Positions 16,738 through 27,318 of a stretch of DNA of 64,000 nt are shown one piece after another (position 1 is the first letter of the stretch; the number at the start of each line of letters is the position of its first letter). Location: positions 32,001 through 96,000 of the forward strand of contig CAVSCK010000003.1 of NCBI GenBank assembly GCA_963726455.1, read 5' to 3'. The notes under the pieces were generated by a model. The model searched no databases, was not told the origin of the DNA, and was given only the letters and a program-made list of their open reading frames with translations. The stretch is from an uncultured bacterium. GTDB lineage: Bacteria; Zixibacteria; MSB-5A5; CAIYYT01. The position numbers and the translations under genes are program-made.

Positions 16738-19700
16738 TTATCTGACAACGATGAATTTGTCAGAGTAGGTTTTGTCGGAAAACCGGACATAGTACAGGTA
16801 GACGCCGGAGCCGAGCTTCTCCCCGTTCTCATTGAGCCCGTTCCAGTTATAGTCACCTTCGATATTCCTGATTTCAATTACCCTGTCGCCGGACGAAGTA
16901 AATACCTCAAACCGCGCGTCAGGAGGGAGATTATGAATAGTGATCTGTCCGTCAAGATACGAGAACGGATTGGGCGACACGAATACGGGCGCAGAGACGG
17001 TAAAGCTCGAGCCGGCGGAGTAACCGCCACCCTCACGCTTGGCTCGCCAGTGATAGGTGACTCCGTTTTCAAGTGGACGCGTCGGAGTCCAGGTAGCCGT
17101 GCCGTTCTCCCCTACCACGGTGCCGCCATCGATGATCGTGACAAAACCGCTGTCAGTCGCGAGCTCGAACTGGCAGTTTGAAGTTCCGGAACCGGACCAG
17201 GCGATCGTGAGCGCCGGCTGAAGATCATACTGCGTCGACAACCGCGGAGGATCAATGGCTATCGGCGATTCCAAGACATCGAGCAAGGACTCGAAGTGGG
17301 TAAATTTCAGCGGGTCGCTCCAATTGCACCAATCACCGCCATCAAAGGCGCGCACCCGCCACCAGTAAGGCTGGTTATTGGCGTACGTCGCGGTGGAAGT
17401 ATAGAGTGTGTAACTCGCTCCTTGCGGGACATCGCGGGCGGCTCCAACCACTTTGGTCAGAAGGGAGTCTGAAAAGACTACGAAATCATAGGTCAACATG
17501 TCATTGTCGGGATCAGTGGTATTGTTTGTGACCAGCACCACGAATGAGCCGGAAATAGTATCGTTAGGCAATGGCGTCCTGGGCGCCGGTGTCAGCGGCG
17601 GGCGATTGGTGCGGAAGGACGCACGTGACATCCAATTCGAGTATGCCTTGGAATCATAAGCACGCGCGCGCCAGGTGTAATAAGTCTTGACCGAAAGATT
17701 GAACGGTACGCGCCAACTGGTGTGGCCGCCGGCGCCCTCGGTAATCATCGGGGATTGCGCCAAGAGAGTCGAAAAAGTGCCGTTGTACAATTCAAACTGA
17801 TATGTCAGGGGATCGCCGTTGGTATCGGCTGAATTGTTGACCGTCAGGTCAGGAGTCATGTTGGAGACCTTGGCATTGTTTAATGGATTGTCGACTAACG
17901 GTATGCTGGGCGGCGAATTGGTAATGGTTTGATTTACGTAAATCGATCTGTAGGCGCTCCAGCCGGAATAGGCAGTGCCATCATAGGCGCGGACGCGCCA
18001 GTAGTAAGTTGTCAGATTGGTCAGCGCCGGCGTTACTTGCCAGACCGTGGTGCCGCCGACACCCTGAGCGACGGACAAATTCTCCACTGCGATTGAAGAG
18101 AAGGTTGAGGACGTGGACAACTGGAAGTGATAGGATGGTGTCGCTCCCTCGGGATCGGTGGAATTGTTTGTCGTCAAGCTAGGTTGCATCGAATTGACAA
18201 TGGTGCCGTTGGCCGGAAGGGAAAGTATCGGCACCGACGGCGGCTGGTTGGCGCCGGGTTGATTGACATAGAATGATCGCGATGAACTCCAGTTGGAGTA
18301 TGCCTGGCCGTCGAAAGCGCGTACTCGCCAATAGTAAGTCGTCAAATTTGCGAGGGCCGGGGTAACATTCCAAGTCGTGGTAGTACCCACGCCCTGCACA
18401 ACCGAGGTATTTTCAACGGTGATTGTCGTGAAGGCCGAAGAAGTCGAGACCTGGAAATGATATGTCGGAGTCACGCCTTCGGGATCGGCGGAATTGTTGG
18501 TGGTGAGCGCCGGCTGCAAGGTTGTGAGCGTCGCGGCGTTTGCAGGTGATGACAGCACCGGCACCGACGGCGGTTGATTTGAGGCCGGCTGATTCACATA
18601 AAGGGAACGAGAGGCGCTCCAGCCGGAATAGGCGATGCCGTCATAAGCACGCACACGCCAGTAGTAGGTCGTGAGATTGGCCAGCGCCGGTGTAACAGTC
18701 CAGGTGGTGCCGCCGGTTCCCTGTGGTACCGAAGTATTTTCCACGGCAATTGTCGTAAAGGCGGATGTCGTGGAGAGCTGGAAATGATAGGTCGGGGTGG
18801 TACCGTCGGAATCGGTGGAATTGGTAATTGCCAGTGCTGGCTGCAGAATCGTAACCGTGGCGCCGTTTGCCGGCGAAGATAGCGCCGGAACAGTCGGTAC
18901 CGAATTCGGTGTCATGAAACGGCGCGTGGCAGACCAGGCAGACATGGCGGTGCCGTTCGTCGCGCGGACGCGCCAGTAATAGAGCACTCCCGGATTGAGA
19001 TTGGAGGGCACTGTCCAGCAGGTCGTGCCGGTTCCCTGAGTAACTGCCGCGTTCTCGGCGGCGATGGTGCTGAAGCTGGCGCTCAAAGAAACCTGAAAAT
19101 CGTAGACGATCGCTTGCGTACAGGTCGGATCCTGAGTCGAATTGGCCAGACACAAAGTCGGAGTGCGCGATGCTACGGAAGCGCTGTCAGCCGGGCTGGA
19201 AAGAGTCGGGACAGTCGGCGGCGTGCTGCAGGCGCCGGAAGTAGCCGGAACTACGATCGCACCCTCAGCTGAATGAAGTGAAAGCGAGGTTATGACCGGA
19301 CCGAAAGTGCCGTCGGTATTGAGTTGCTTGTAGGAGCCGCCAAGATTGACCGTGACCGGAGTTGAGGTCGAGCCCCAGACCGATGCATCGAGGTCATCCT
19401 TCGGTCGTGTAAAGACGCGGCCGCCCTGATAGTCCCGCACCCAGACTTTGTATAGTGCGCCCACCCGATCCGGTGATGGTCCGCTTGTTGCGAGCTGATA
19501 GTGCCCGACTGGAGCGCCCAGATCAAAGCCCATGGCTGGTATCCAAGAAAGAGTATCAAAGCCTGGGCCATAAAAAGCACCATACGCGGTCCCGGTTCGG
19601 GGCGCATATAGATCCATGTTGAGTCAGTGCGCGCGGCGTAGTAGAAGGAGAGATTATTGTAGATCGCTTGCTGCTTCGTGAACAATCCGTTGTCGGCGCG

Positions 19701-20801
19701 TGGGCGGGAACACCAGAAGAACGTGGCGCCGTTAAGTGTGGCTATTGAATCGCGCGTGTAGAGATTTTCCAATCGGTAGAAACTGTTGTTGGCGCAGGCC
19801 ACCGGATCGAATGCAAATTCGTAGTTGAGGGCGTCGGCTCCCGTAGAGTCAGGATACATATATTCGTTCCGGAAACTTATGCCGACGTTATAAGCAAGCA
19901 CCTTCTTCTTGCCGTCGGCAGACCATTGTGCCGAGGTGCGCAATGTGTCACGCACTTCGCGGCCGAAAATTTTCATCCAGCCCCAGCCCCAGGCGCCATA
20001 AGCGGCGGTGCCAAAAGTAAGCAGATTCGTGGGACTGGTGCCTGACTCGACAACGAGACCTCCTGAGGCAAGGTGACTTCCCTGCAGGGCCAATGGACTA
20101 TAGTTGTCAAAGTACATACCATCCCAGTAGCCCGTCATCGTCGGCCAGTGCGTCAGCCGTTGCGCATTGAAGGCCTGGGTGATGAATTCCTTATACGCCA
20201 GCCGGAGCTTGGAATTTGTGAAGTTCGGCGCAAGTCGCGTCGCGCCCGAGTAGGTATTCTTGGAAATGAAGAGAGCGCTAACATATGAATTGGGCACGCG
20301 GCTCACGGAATCCTTGGCTGTAATCATCATTGAGTTGGTACCGTGTATCAGTACTGTATCCCACGCAGTCCCGGTCCAGTTGACCAATTTCGTGTCATTG
20401 TAGAAGTGAAGGTAAGCATTTTCCTCGATTTCGCCCAATTGCGCCATGCGATCACGGATGTAGGTTGGCTTTTGCCCAGATCCGTACGAATTCGAACTGT
20501 AAAGCTTGTAAGGGGGTAAGTCGGAACCGCTCGTATACAGAACGATACGACAGCCGGGGGATTTGGCCCGCCATTCAGCGATACTATTAGCGCAGTCGGC
20601 ATATCCCATGAGATAAGAGAACCGCCCGAACACCCAATCGGGGTCGCCTGGCTTGTACCAAAGGCAGGTGCCGTCAGTACCGCAGAAGTAAGCTCCCGAC
20701 CGGAGCGACTGAGTCGGCGCTCCCTGCACTTCAGTTAGAGTGGCGATTAGCAGTAACGTTGCGGCAGCAGCCGCAAGCTTTATGCTCAAGTTCCTTGACA
20801 T
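16738..20801 (-). CDS. Secreted putative glycoside hydrolase (GHL15-like) with about 7 FN3/Ig repeats and T9SS-like C-terminal domain (frameshift near 19600)
   Basis: Signal peptide at ATG20801, YWDGMYFDN, DLGAPVG...VWVRDYQGGRVFTRP, about 100-aa repeats containing YYWRVRA, and SPNPF...LGSGVYLYYV. Confidence 0.7.
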
Positions 20802-20882
20802 GCAATCCTCCAGGGTCGCCTTGGCAACCGTGCACACTTAACTATATTAGTTTAATAACGACACAATAACCCTAAGGGGCTC

Positions 20883-20898
20883 TGCAAACTTTGTGCCC
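20883..20898 (-). promoter_or_regulatory. Putative sigma-54 promoter
   Basis: GGGCACAAAGTTTGCA has the exact GG-N10-GC spacing and lies about 80 nt upstream of ATG20801. Confidence 0.5.
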
Positions 20899-21407
20899 TT
20901 TTCGGATCCAACGAAAAACGGCGTAACCTGTTGGAAAGCCAGGAATCCTCAACGCAAATAATCGTCCTCAATCCTCCTAAATGAATGGCAATTGAACAGG
21001 CGACCGGGCAGACCTTTCAAAGACTCAGCGCGCAATTGACTTGCGACGATTGTTCATACCTCACACAATCTCTTCAAATTAGACAGGTTCAATTCCTGTT
21101 GACAAGTAAACTCTCGGTCTGAAAAGCCACTCACCCACATGGCCTACTTAAAAGGATGTCGGCAACGGTCCTACTTTTGTTTAAAAATTGACTTGTTCAG
21201 GTAATCAATCCAACATTAAATATAGGAGTAGAATACATCGGAATTAGCGGAGTTCCGATTGATTGTGTCGAGTAGAGAGTAAATTCGGGCGGCAAATCTA
21301 GCTGGCGGAGCACTGTTTAGCTAGCTGCAAAACACGAACGAGGCAGGTTAATCCAGTCTTTCCTCGAAATCGCAGCGCCTGGTCACATCGGGAGGCATGC
21401 AGTGGAG

Positions 21408-21630
21408 CACAGTAGGCTTAGTCCTCGGGAGAGCAGGCTTGTATCGCCGACTTGTAGGTCTACAGAGAGGAAACGTAGGCGCACAGGGGGCAATTGTAAG
21501 CCTACATTGAGCGATCGCAAGCTTACAAGGAGGAATTGTAAGCCTGTGTCGAGCAATTGCAAGCTTACGAGTAGGAAGTGGAAGCCTACATCGAGGCGAT
21601 GTAAGTGTGAAACTACACATTGTAAACGAT
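21408..21630. repeat. Degenerate 21-bp tandem array, about 10.5 copies
   Basis: Units keep a strict 21-nt register with consensus near AATTGTAAGCCTACAnnnAGG. Confidence 0.75.
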
Positions 21631-21673
21631 AGGAGAGGGGGTTTAAGTCATTTAACCACATGGAGGTAACCCT

Positions 21674-22282
21674 ATGGCAAGGTTCCCGAGAACCGAATCG
21701 GAAATTCTGGCGTTGGTGCAGACGGTGTCTGCCGGTCTGGCCGCCAACGACGCAGTTTATCCGACCCCACCAGTGGCGGCCCTGGCGTTGGCGCCACTGA
21801 TCGCAGCTTATGTAACAGCCAGAAGCAACTCCGTTGCTGCCCAAGCGGCATCGGAACTGGCAATCGCGACCAAGGACGAAGCGCTTCAGGCGATGGTTGA
21901 CGCTGTCAAGAGCGACATCCGTTACGCCGAGACAACCGTTAATTTCAACGATGACCAGCTGAAGTTGATTGGTTGGGGGGGACACGCTGCGAAAACGTCG
22001 CTGCAGATGCCAGGCCAGCCACGCTCTCTTGAGGCTCCAAAGGAGGGCGAGGGTTGGATATTCTTGGACTGGAAAGAGCCTGTAGATGGTGGCGCAGTTG
22101 CGGCTTACAAAATCCAACGGCGCCCGCGTCCGGACGGTCCGTGGTCGGATGTCGGTCTGGCCATCGAAAGCGAAATCACTCTGACCGCTCAGGAACGCGG
22201 TAAGGAATGGGAATACCGTGTCCTTGCCGTCAATAGGACCGGCGAGAGTGAGCCCAGCAACACCGTCATGGCGGTGCTGTAG
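21674..22282 (+). CDS. Cytoplasmic protein with helical N-terminus and C-terminal fibronectin type III domain
   Basis: Strong RBS GGAGGT. PGQPRSL...LDWKEPVDGG...YKIQRR...EYRVLAVNRTGESEPSN. No signal peptide. Confidence 0.85.
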   Translation: MARFPRTESEILALVQTVSAGLAANDAVYPTPPVAALALAPLIAAYVTARSNSVAAQAASELAIATKDEALQAMVDAVKSDIRYAETTVNFNDDQLKLIGWGGHAAKTSLQMPGQPRSLEAPKEGEGWIFLDWKEPVDGGAVAAYKIQRRPRPDGPWSDVGLAIESEITLTAQERGKEWEYRVLAVNRTGESEPSNTVMAVL

Positions 22283-22295
22283 AGATAGGTCGGTG

Positions 22296-22327
22296 AGTCG
22301 GAACCCAAAAGGTTCCGACTTCTGTTC
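22296..22327 (+). terminator. Intrinsic terminator
   Basis: AGTCGGAACC-CAAAA-GGTTCCGACT followed by TCTGTT. Confidence 0.7.
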
Positions 22328-22600
22328 ACCATACGGTCCGAGCCGTAGCGAATGGGCCCGCCATCCCGTGGAATATGCGGTTTAGAATTGCGAATTATGT
22401 GTTGCTTGCGTAGCGAGGTCTCAAGAACCACAGAGTCTCGATCATCATTCCAGCTACAAGGCCAAAGGGCTGCGAGTTTTTTGACGTTGACTTTTGGCAT
22501 TTCTTGTCGCATTGATTTCCCGTTCGGGGTAAGATATGAATTGCGTTGCCGATACAGTAATTGTGGTATTGACCGTAGTTGCTGATGACTGAATGGAGCA

Positions 22601-23290
22601 GTGGGAACGGTGATTTCATCTAGACTGAAGCATATGCGTGAGAGATACCGTGTTGAGGGTGTCGACTGCTTGCTCTATTCGATATCGTGGCGCATGCCCC
22701 GATGGCTTTTCCAATACTCTCATGCATATTTGGTCACGGCACACGATCTCGAAGTGACCGCGCCCCCAACGGAGATCTTCAAATTCAGACTTGCGGGACC
22801 ATGCGATGCGGAGAAGTTTGCAAGCTTGGGACTGAGTGTTCTAGCAGTCAATGAACGTTTTGCCAGCGGCGATATTTGCGGCATAGCTGAGCGCAAAGAC
22901 GGGTCCATGTGTTCAATGGTTTGGGTTTCTACGGGTCGCCTTTACTTGGACACCGCAGGAGCAGTATTGGACGTCGATCCGGAAGGAGTCTATTTTTACA
23001 ACGCATTCACCCTTGCGCAAGATCGCGGACTCGGTCTTTATCGGGGATGCTGCAGTGTGTATTGCGACTGGTTCCGGAGACAGGGCCGTAGCGCTCGATA
23101 TGGGCTAATAGATAAGCTCAACTACACTTCGATAGTTGCACATGGTCGCATGAATCTAAAACCTACAGGAGAAGCGCGCCACTTTCACATTCTCTTCTTC
23201 TGGATCACTCAACTGGCCAACTGGCCAAAGTCAAGAAGGAGACTCATAGTCTCTATCGGGAAACATACTCATGGGGCACGTGTTGTCTGA
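22601..23290 (+). CDS. GNAT-like N-acetyltransferase
   Basis: YFYNAFT..DRGLGLY acetyl-CoA loop-like motif and N.TS motif. First gene of an overlapping operon. Confidence 0.65.
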   Translation: MGTVISSRLKHMRERYRVEGVDCLLYSISWRMPRWLFQYSHAYLVTAHDLEVTAPPTEIFKFRLAGPCDAEKFASLGLSVLAVNERFASGDICGIAERKDGSMCSMVWVSTGRLYLDTAGAVLDVDPEGVYFYNAFTLAQDRGLGLYRGCCSVYCDWFRRQGRSARYGLIDKLNYTSIVAHGRMNLKPTGEARHFHILFFWITQLANWPKSRRRLIVSIGKHTHGARVV

Positions 23291-24485
23291 AGAACGCTCC
23301 TCTAAGTATGGGTGCAGTGGAGGAGTGGAAGCGACCTTCGACGTGAAGATTATCTGCGATTATCAAGAGTTCCAACTACTGAAAGGTCCATGGGACAGCC
23401 TGCTTCAGGGCGACAATGCCAAGGCAGTCTGGCTTCGCCACGAGTGGTATGATTGCTGGTGGCAGGCGTTCGGGACGGATGCGAAAATGTTCGTGGTCGC
23501 TTCCTACGAGTGCGGCTGCTTGATTGGTGTAATTCCGCTGATGATTGTGCCGATGAGGATCAAGCGAATTCGTCAACGCGTCTTGCGGTTTATCGAAAAT
23601 GGTATCACTCCTAGATCGAGCCTGCTATTCCCTGGAGTCTCCGTCGATAGGCTGAAGGTCGTTTGGGACAAGGTTTTCCAGCACTCTTTTCTCTGGGACC
23701 TAGCGATTCTTGCTAATCTCGAACAGGGCAACCGTGTCTACGACTACTGGCGAACGTATCTGCAAGAGAACAAGATCCGGTATATCGAATTGCCAGAACG
23801 CATCTCACCCTATGTTGAGCTGACTGATGGTTGGGAGGAGGTTAAGAAATCATTTGGCCGGAATCTGCGCCGCAATATTAACCGCGCTAAGTCGCGGCTA
23901 GAGAAAGAGGCACCGTTCGAATTGGTGGAGTGCGTATCTGCAAGCGACGTTACCGCCGCTCTTACGCATTGCTTCCGGATCAGTAAGTTGAGTTGGAAGG
24001 GCAAGGAGGGAGCGAACATGGGCGGAAATGAGCAGCGGTCAATATTCTATGATCTCCTGACAAAGGTAGCAATCAATAACGGCTGGATCAATATCTGGTT
24101 ACTGAAATTTCGCGATCAATACATAGCTTTCGAATACGTGCTCCAATTGAACGGTTACGCAATCCCAATTGCTGCTGACTATGACCAGGAGTTTAAGGAG
24201 TATTCGCCCGGAGTGGTGCTTCGATCGCTTGTGCTCGAACGACTTATTGGACGCGGCACGACCACTTACGACTTTGCCGGAACAGTTTACGATTACAAGC
24301 TTTATTGGACCAAGACGCTGCGGCCACATTCACAGTTTTGGTTATTCCATGACGGCATGAAATCGAGAGTGCTCTACTTGGTGAAAGCCAGAGTGCTCCC
24401 CGCTATCGAACGGCTAAAGTCGAAACCTACTTCATCAAAAGAAACACAGGTCGATAGTGAAGATTCATTCCATTCCATCCTCTGA
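23271..24485 (+). CDS. GNAT family acetyltransferase, CelD/BcsL-like
   Basis: WDSLL...EWYDCWWQAFG, SPYVEL..GWEE, YDQEFKEYSPG and YDFAG..YDYKLYWT. Confidence 0.85.
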   Translation: MGHVLSEERSSKYGCSGGVEATFDVKIICDYQEFQLLKGPWDSLLQGDNAKAVWLRHEWYDCWWQAFGTDAKMFVVASYECGCLIGVIPLMIVPMRIKRIRQRVLRFIENGITPRSSLLFPGVSVDRLKVVWDKVFQHSFLWDLAILANLEQGNRVYDYWRTYLQENKIRYIELPERISPYVELTDGWEEVKKSFGRNLRRNINRAKSRLEKEAPFELVECVSASDVTAALTHCFRISKLSWKGKEGANMGGNEQRSIFYDLLTKVAINNGWINIWLLKFRDQYIAFEYVLQLNGYAIPIAADYDQEFKEYSPGVVLRSLVLERLIGRGTTTYDFAGTVYDYKLYWTKTLRPHSQFWLFHDGMKSRVLYLVKARVLPAIERLKSKPTSSKETQVDSEDSFHSIL

Positions 24486-24515
24486 TTCGGACACTGGTGT
24501 CCCCCGTCGGCAAGC

Positions 24516-26081
24516 ATGACGAAGAAACCTGCCTCTTTCATTTCTCAAATTCTTATATATGGTTCCGGTTTGGCGCTGAATTACGGCATCGGATTTATTC
24601 TGCTACCGATATACAGCCGCCTAATGCCGACCGCTCAATACGGAATCCTTGAAATTCTCAACCGCACTATCGAAATCGTCTCATTGCTGCTGCTTACTCA
24701 GTATGGAATTACCTATATCAGATTCTTTCGCGATAAGGCCGACGAGGAATATCGCCGACGCGTGACTTCGACATCAATCTATGTTGTAACTCTGATTGCA
24801 GGCGCGACCGCAATAGGAATGATACTTCTAAGGACACCCTTGTCGCAATTGCTATTTACCACACCCGAACATGGTGACTATGTAGTGCTTGTGGCGGTCC
24901 GGTATGTCTTTGATATGAGCTTCATCGTACCCCTGCTGTATTATCAAGCCTCGGAGCAACCAGCCAAGTATATAATCATTTCAACTGCTCGATTTGCCAC
25001 CACTCTTGTTCTCAACATCGCGCTCCTGACTGTCATGGACGACAAAGTAGCTGCTGTTCTATGGGCGCAAATAGTCAGCGTGGCGATTTTTGCACTTACC
25101 GTTGGCGTCTGGGTGTTTTTCCGCTCGGCTCGTGCATTTGACGCTTTGCTTACCAAGCAGATACTAAAGTTTACCTGGTCCTTTTCGTTTCTCGGACTGT
25201 ATGGGTTTGTCATCTCGTCAGGGGACCGATTTGTTCTCAACAGATACTGCGGGGAGTCCGCGGTGGGAGTGTACTCGGCAGGATATCGCGTCGCCCAGAT
25301 GCTAAGCGTGGTTGTGTTCAGTCCAATCGTTCGCGCTTGGAGTCCGCGCCTAGTCGAACAACTGCGCAGTGCGGACGGTCCACGGCAACTGGCAAGGCTA
25401 ACGACCAGTTCTATGCTGCTTTACTGCGGACTGGGTCTGGCACTTAGTATATACGCTCGCGAACTAGTGTCCCTCTTTCTCGGGCCGAATTACTACCCAT
25501 GCTATAGCATGGTGCCGATAATTGTGCTTGCGTATTTCTTCCAGGGGTTCTCTGTCTTTGTGGACGGCGGCATCTTTTACAGCAAAAAGACACACCTCAA
25601 GATTTGGCATTGGGTAACTACGGCGGTATGCATCGGCCTATACTTTCTGCTCATTCCCCGCTATTGCAGCATCGGCGCGGCCTGGGCTGTAGTGGGCGCC
25701 AACGTTGTACTGGCTGGCATCAACTGGTATATCGCGGTACGCGTTTACCCTATGAGATACGAATTTGGCAAGCTTTCCAAGATGCTAGTTGCGGCCGCCG
25801 CGTTGTACATGGCCAATTACGTGTTGGAGATATTACAGTTGAAGTACCTTGCGGACGTGACAGTTGTCCTTGAATTGTGCTCCTCCTGGTGGTATCTCAT
25901 AGTGGTCTGTTTCTTTAAGTTACCCTTGCTGGTCGCGTTCGTCGGCATTATTCATTGGCTTGGTTTGATCGAGCCGGAGGACCGCAACCGACTCAAGGAC
26001 TTCATCCGGCACATTGCTAGAAAATTCGCCTCTGGAACGAGGAATTGGCTCAGATTGAAAATGGACAGCGACAATGCGTAA
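24516..26081 (+). CDS. Wzx-like oligosaccharide flippase
   Basis: About 14 TM helices, LPIYSRLM...YG, DRFVLN...VGVYSAGY and LLIPRY..IGAAWA. Confidence 0.88.
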   Translation: MTKKPASFISQILIYGSGLALNYGIGFILLPIYSRLMPTAQYGILEILNRTIEIVSLLLLTQYGITYIRFFRDKADEEYRRRVTSTSIYVVTLIAGATAIGMILLRTPLSQLLFTTPEHGDYVVLVAVRYVFDMSFIVPLLYYQASEQPAKYIIISTARFATTLVLNIALLTVMDDKVAAVLWAQIVSVAIFALTVGVWVFFRSARAFDALLTKQILKFTWSFSFLGLYGFVISSGDRFVLNRYCGESAVGVYSAGYRVAQMLSVVVFSPIVRAWSPRLVEQLRSADGPRQLARLTTSSMLLYCGLGLALSIYARELVSLFLGPNYYPCYSMVPIIVLAYFFQGFSVFVDGGIFYSKKTHLKIWHWVTTAVCIGLYFLLIPRYCSIGAAWAVVGANVVLAGINWYIAVRVYPMRYEFGKLSKMLVAAAALYMANYVLEILQLKYLADVTVVLELCSSWWYLIVVCFFKLPLLVAFVGIIHWLGLIEPEDRNRLKDFIRHIARKFASGTRNWLRLKMDSDNA

Positions 26082-27153
26082 AGCTCTAAGAACCGCGATC
26101 GGATTCCTGAACTATTACCTTGGGCTTACTTCTGTGTTCCTATTTCTCACGGAGCTTCTCAGAAGAGAGAAGACTCTCGTTGCGTTTAAATATCATCGGA
26201 TCACCGACAGGAGCAAGGGCGACCTTGGGTATCTGATATACGACGTGGGTGATGATTATCGATCATTTGAAGTGCATGTGGCCGCAATCAAGGGTCACTT
26301 TCGGATTGTAGGACTACCAGAGTATATGGATTTCATTAGCGGCAGAAGAAAGCCGAATAGACGCTCAGCGCTGTTAACGTTCGATGATGCTGATTCAGAG
26401 TTTGTCGAACACGCGCTACCAGTCTTGATTAAGTACGGTTGCCGATCGGTTGTGTTTGCTCCCACGGCCTTCATTTCCACTGATCGGCGCTTCTGGCATC
26501 TTCGAGTGACCAGCCTAGTATCTTCTGTCGGCCCCGAAGAGTGGTCGAGTCTTCAGAAACAGTCGGGTCAATTTCCCATCGAGGTTGGACAAGCGATTCG
26601 CCAATCGTTTGTTTCTACGGAGAGCCGCAGAGCCAATTCTTGTCGCGTGCTAGTACAAGTTCTCGACCGCCTAAAAGCTGATAAGACGGAGGCGATTGTG
26701 GCTAGAATGGAGCAAATCACTCATACGTCGTATTCCCTTGGAGTGCACTGTATGACATGGGAGGAGTTGGAAACAATTGCCCGCCAAGGTGCGTCAATCG
26801 AATCCCACACAGTCACGCATCGCAAGTTAGCTTTCCTCGACGAGCAGACAGTCCGTAGTGAATTGGTCGAATCCAAGCACCTGCTGGAGGAGAAGCTGCG
26901 AAATACCGTCACGGCAGTCTGCTATCCCGCTGGCTCCTTCAACGACAAGGTTGTTGCCGCGGCTATGCAGGCAGGCTATCAAGCGGCTTTCACCACGAAG
27001 GCCGGCCTAGGGTCATTCGGGTTACCTCGCGAAGAACGGTTCCGACTGCGCCGTGCAAGCATGCATGGCGACTCCAAATATGAGGCTGACTTACATATTG
27101 CGAAGATGATGTTGAAATCGATATTGTTCGGCAACAACTGGGATCGAGACTAG
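26074..27153 (+). CDS. Polysaccharide deacetylase (CE4/NodB-like)
   Basis: YHRI, LLTFDDA, SHTVTH and CYPAG motifs. Confidence 0.88.
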   Translation: MRKALRTAIGFLNYYLGLTSVFLFLTELLRREKTLVAFKYHRITDRSKGDLGYLIYDVGDDYRSFEVHVAAIKGHFRIVGLPEYMDFISGRRKPNRRSALLTFDDADSEFVEHALPVLIKYGCRSVVFAPTAFISTDRRFWHLRVTSLVSSVGPEEWSSLQKQSGQFPIEVGQAIRQSFVSTESRRANSCRVLVQVLDRLKADKTEAIVARMEQITHTSYSLGVHCMTWEELETIARQGASIESHTVTHRKLAFLDEQTVRSELVESKHLLEEKLRNTVTAVCYPAGSFNDKVVAAAMQAGYQAAFTTKAGLGSFGLPREERFRLRRASMHGDSKYEADLHIAKMMLKSILFGNNWDRD

Positions 27154-27318
27154 CCCTTCCCTCTCCAATTGATCAAGTGTAACAGTTTGGGCGACTCAAT
27201 GGACTGCCCCTCGCGTACGATCATTTACGAACCACGCTTGACAAACACAATACGCTTTATCATCGAGAGTGTTTTGTATTGGAACCGGCTCTCGTTATCA
27301 CCTGACGCATCGGAGTGA

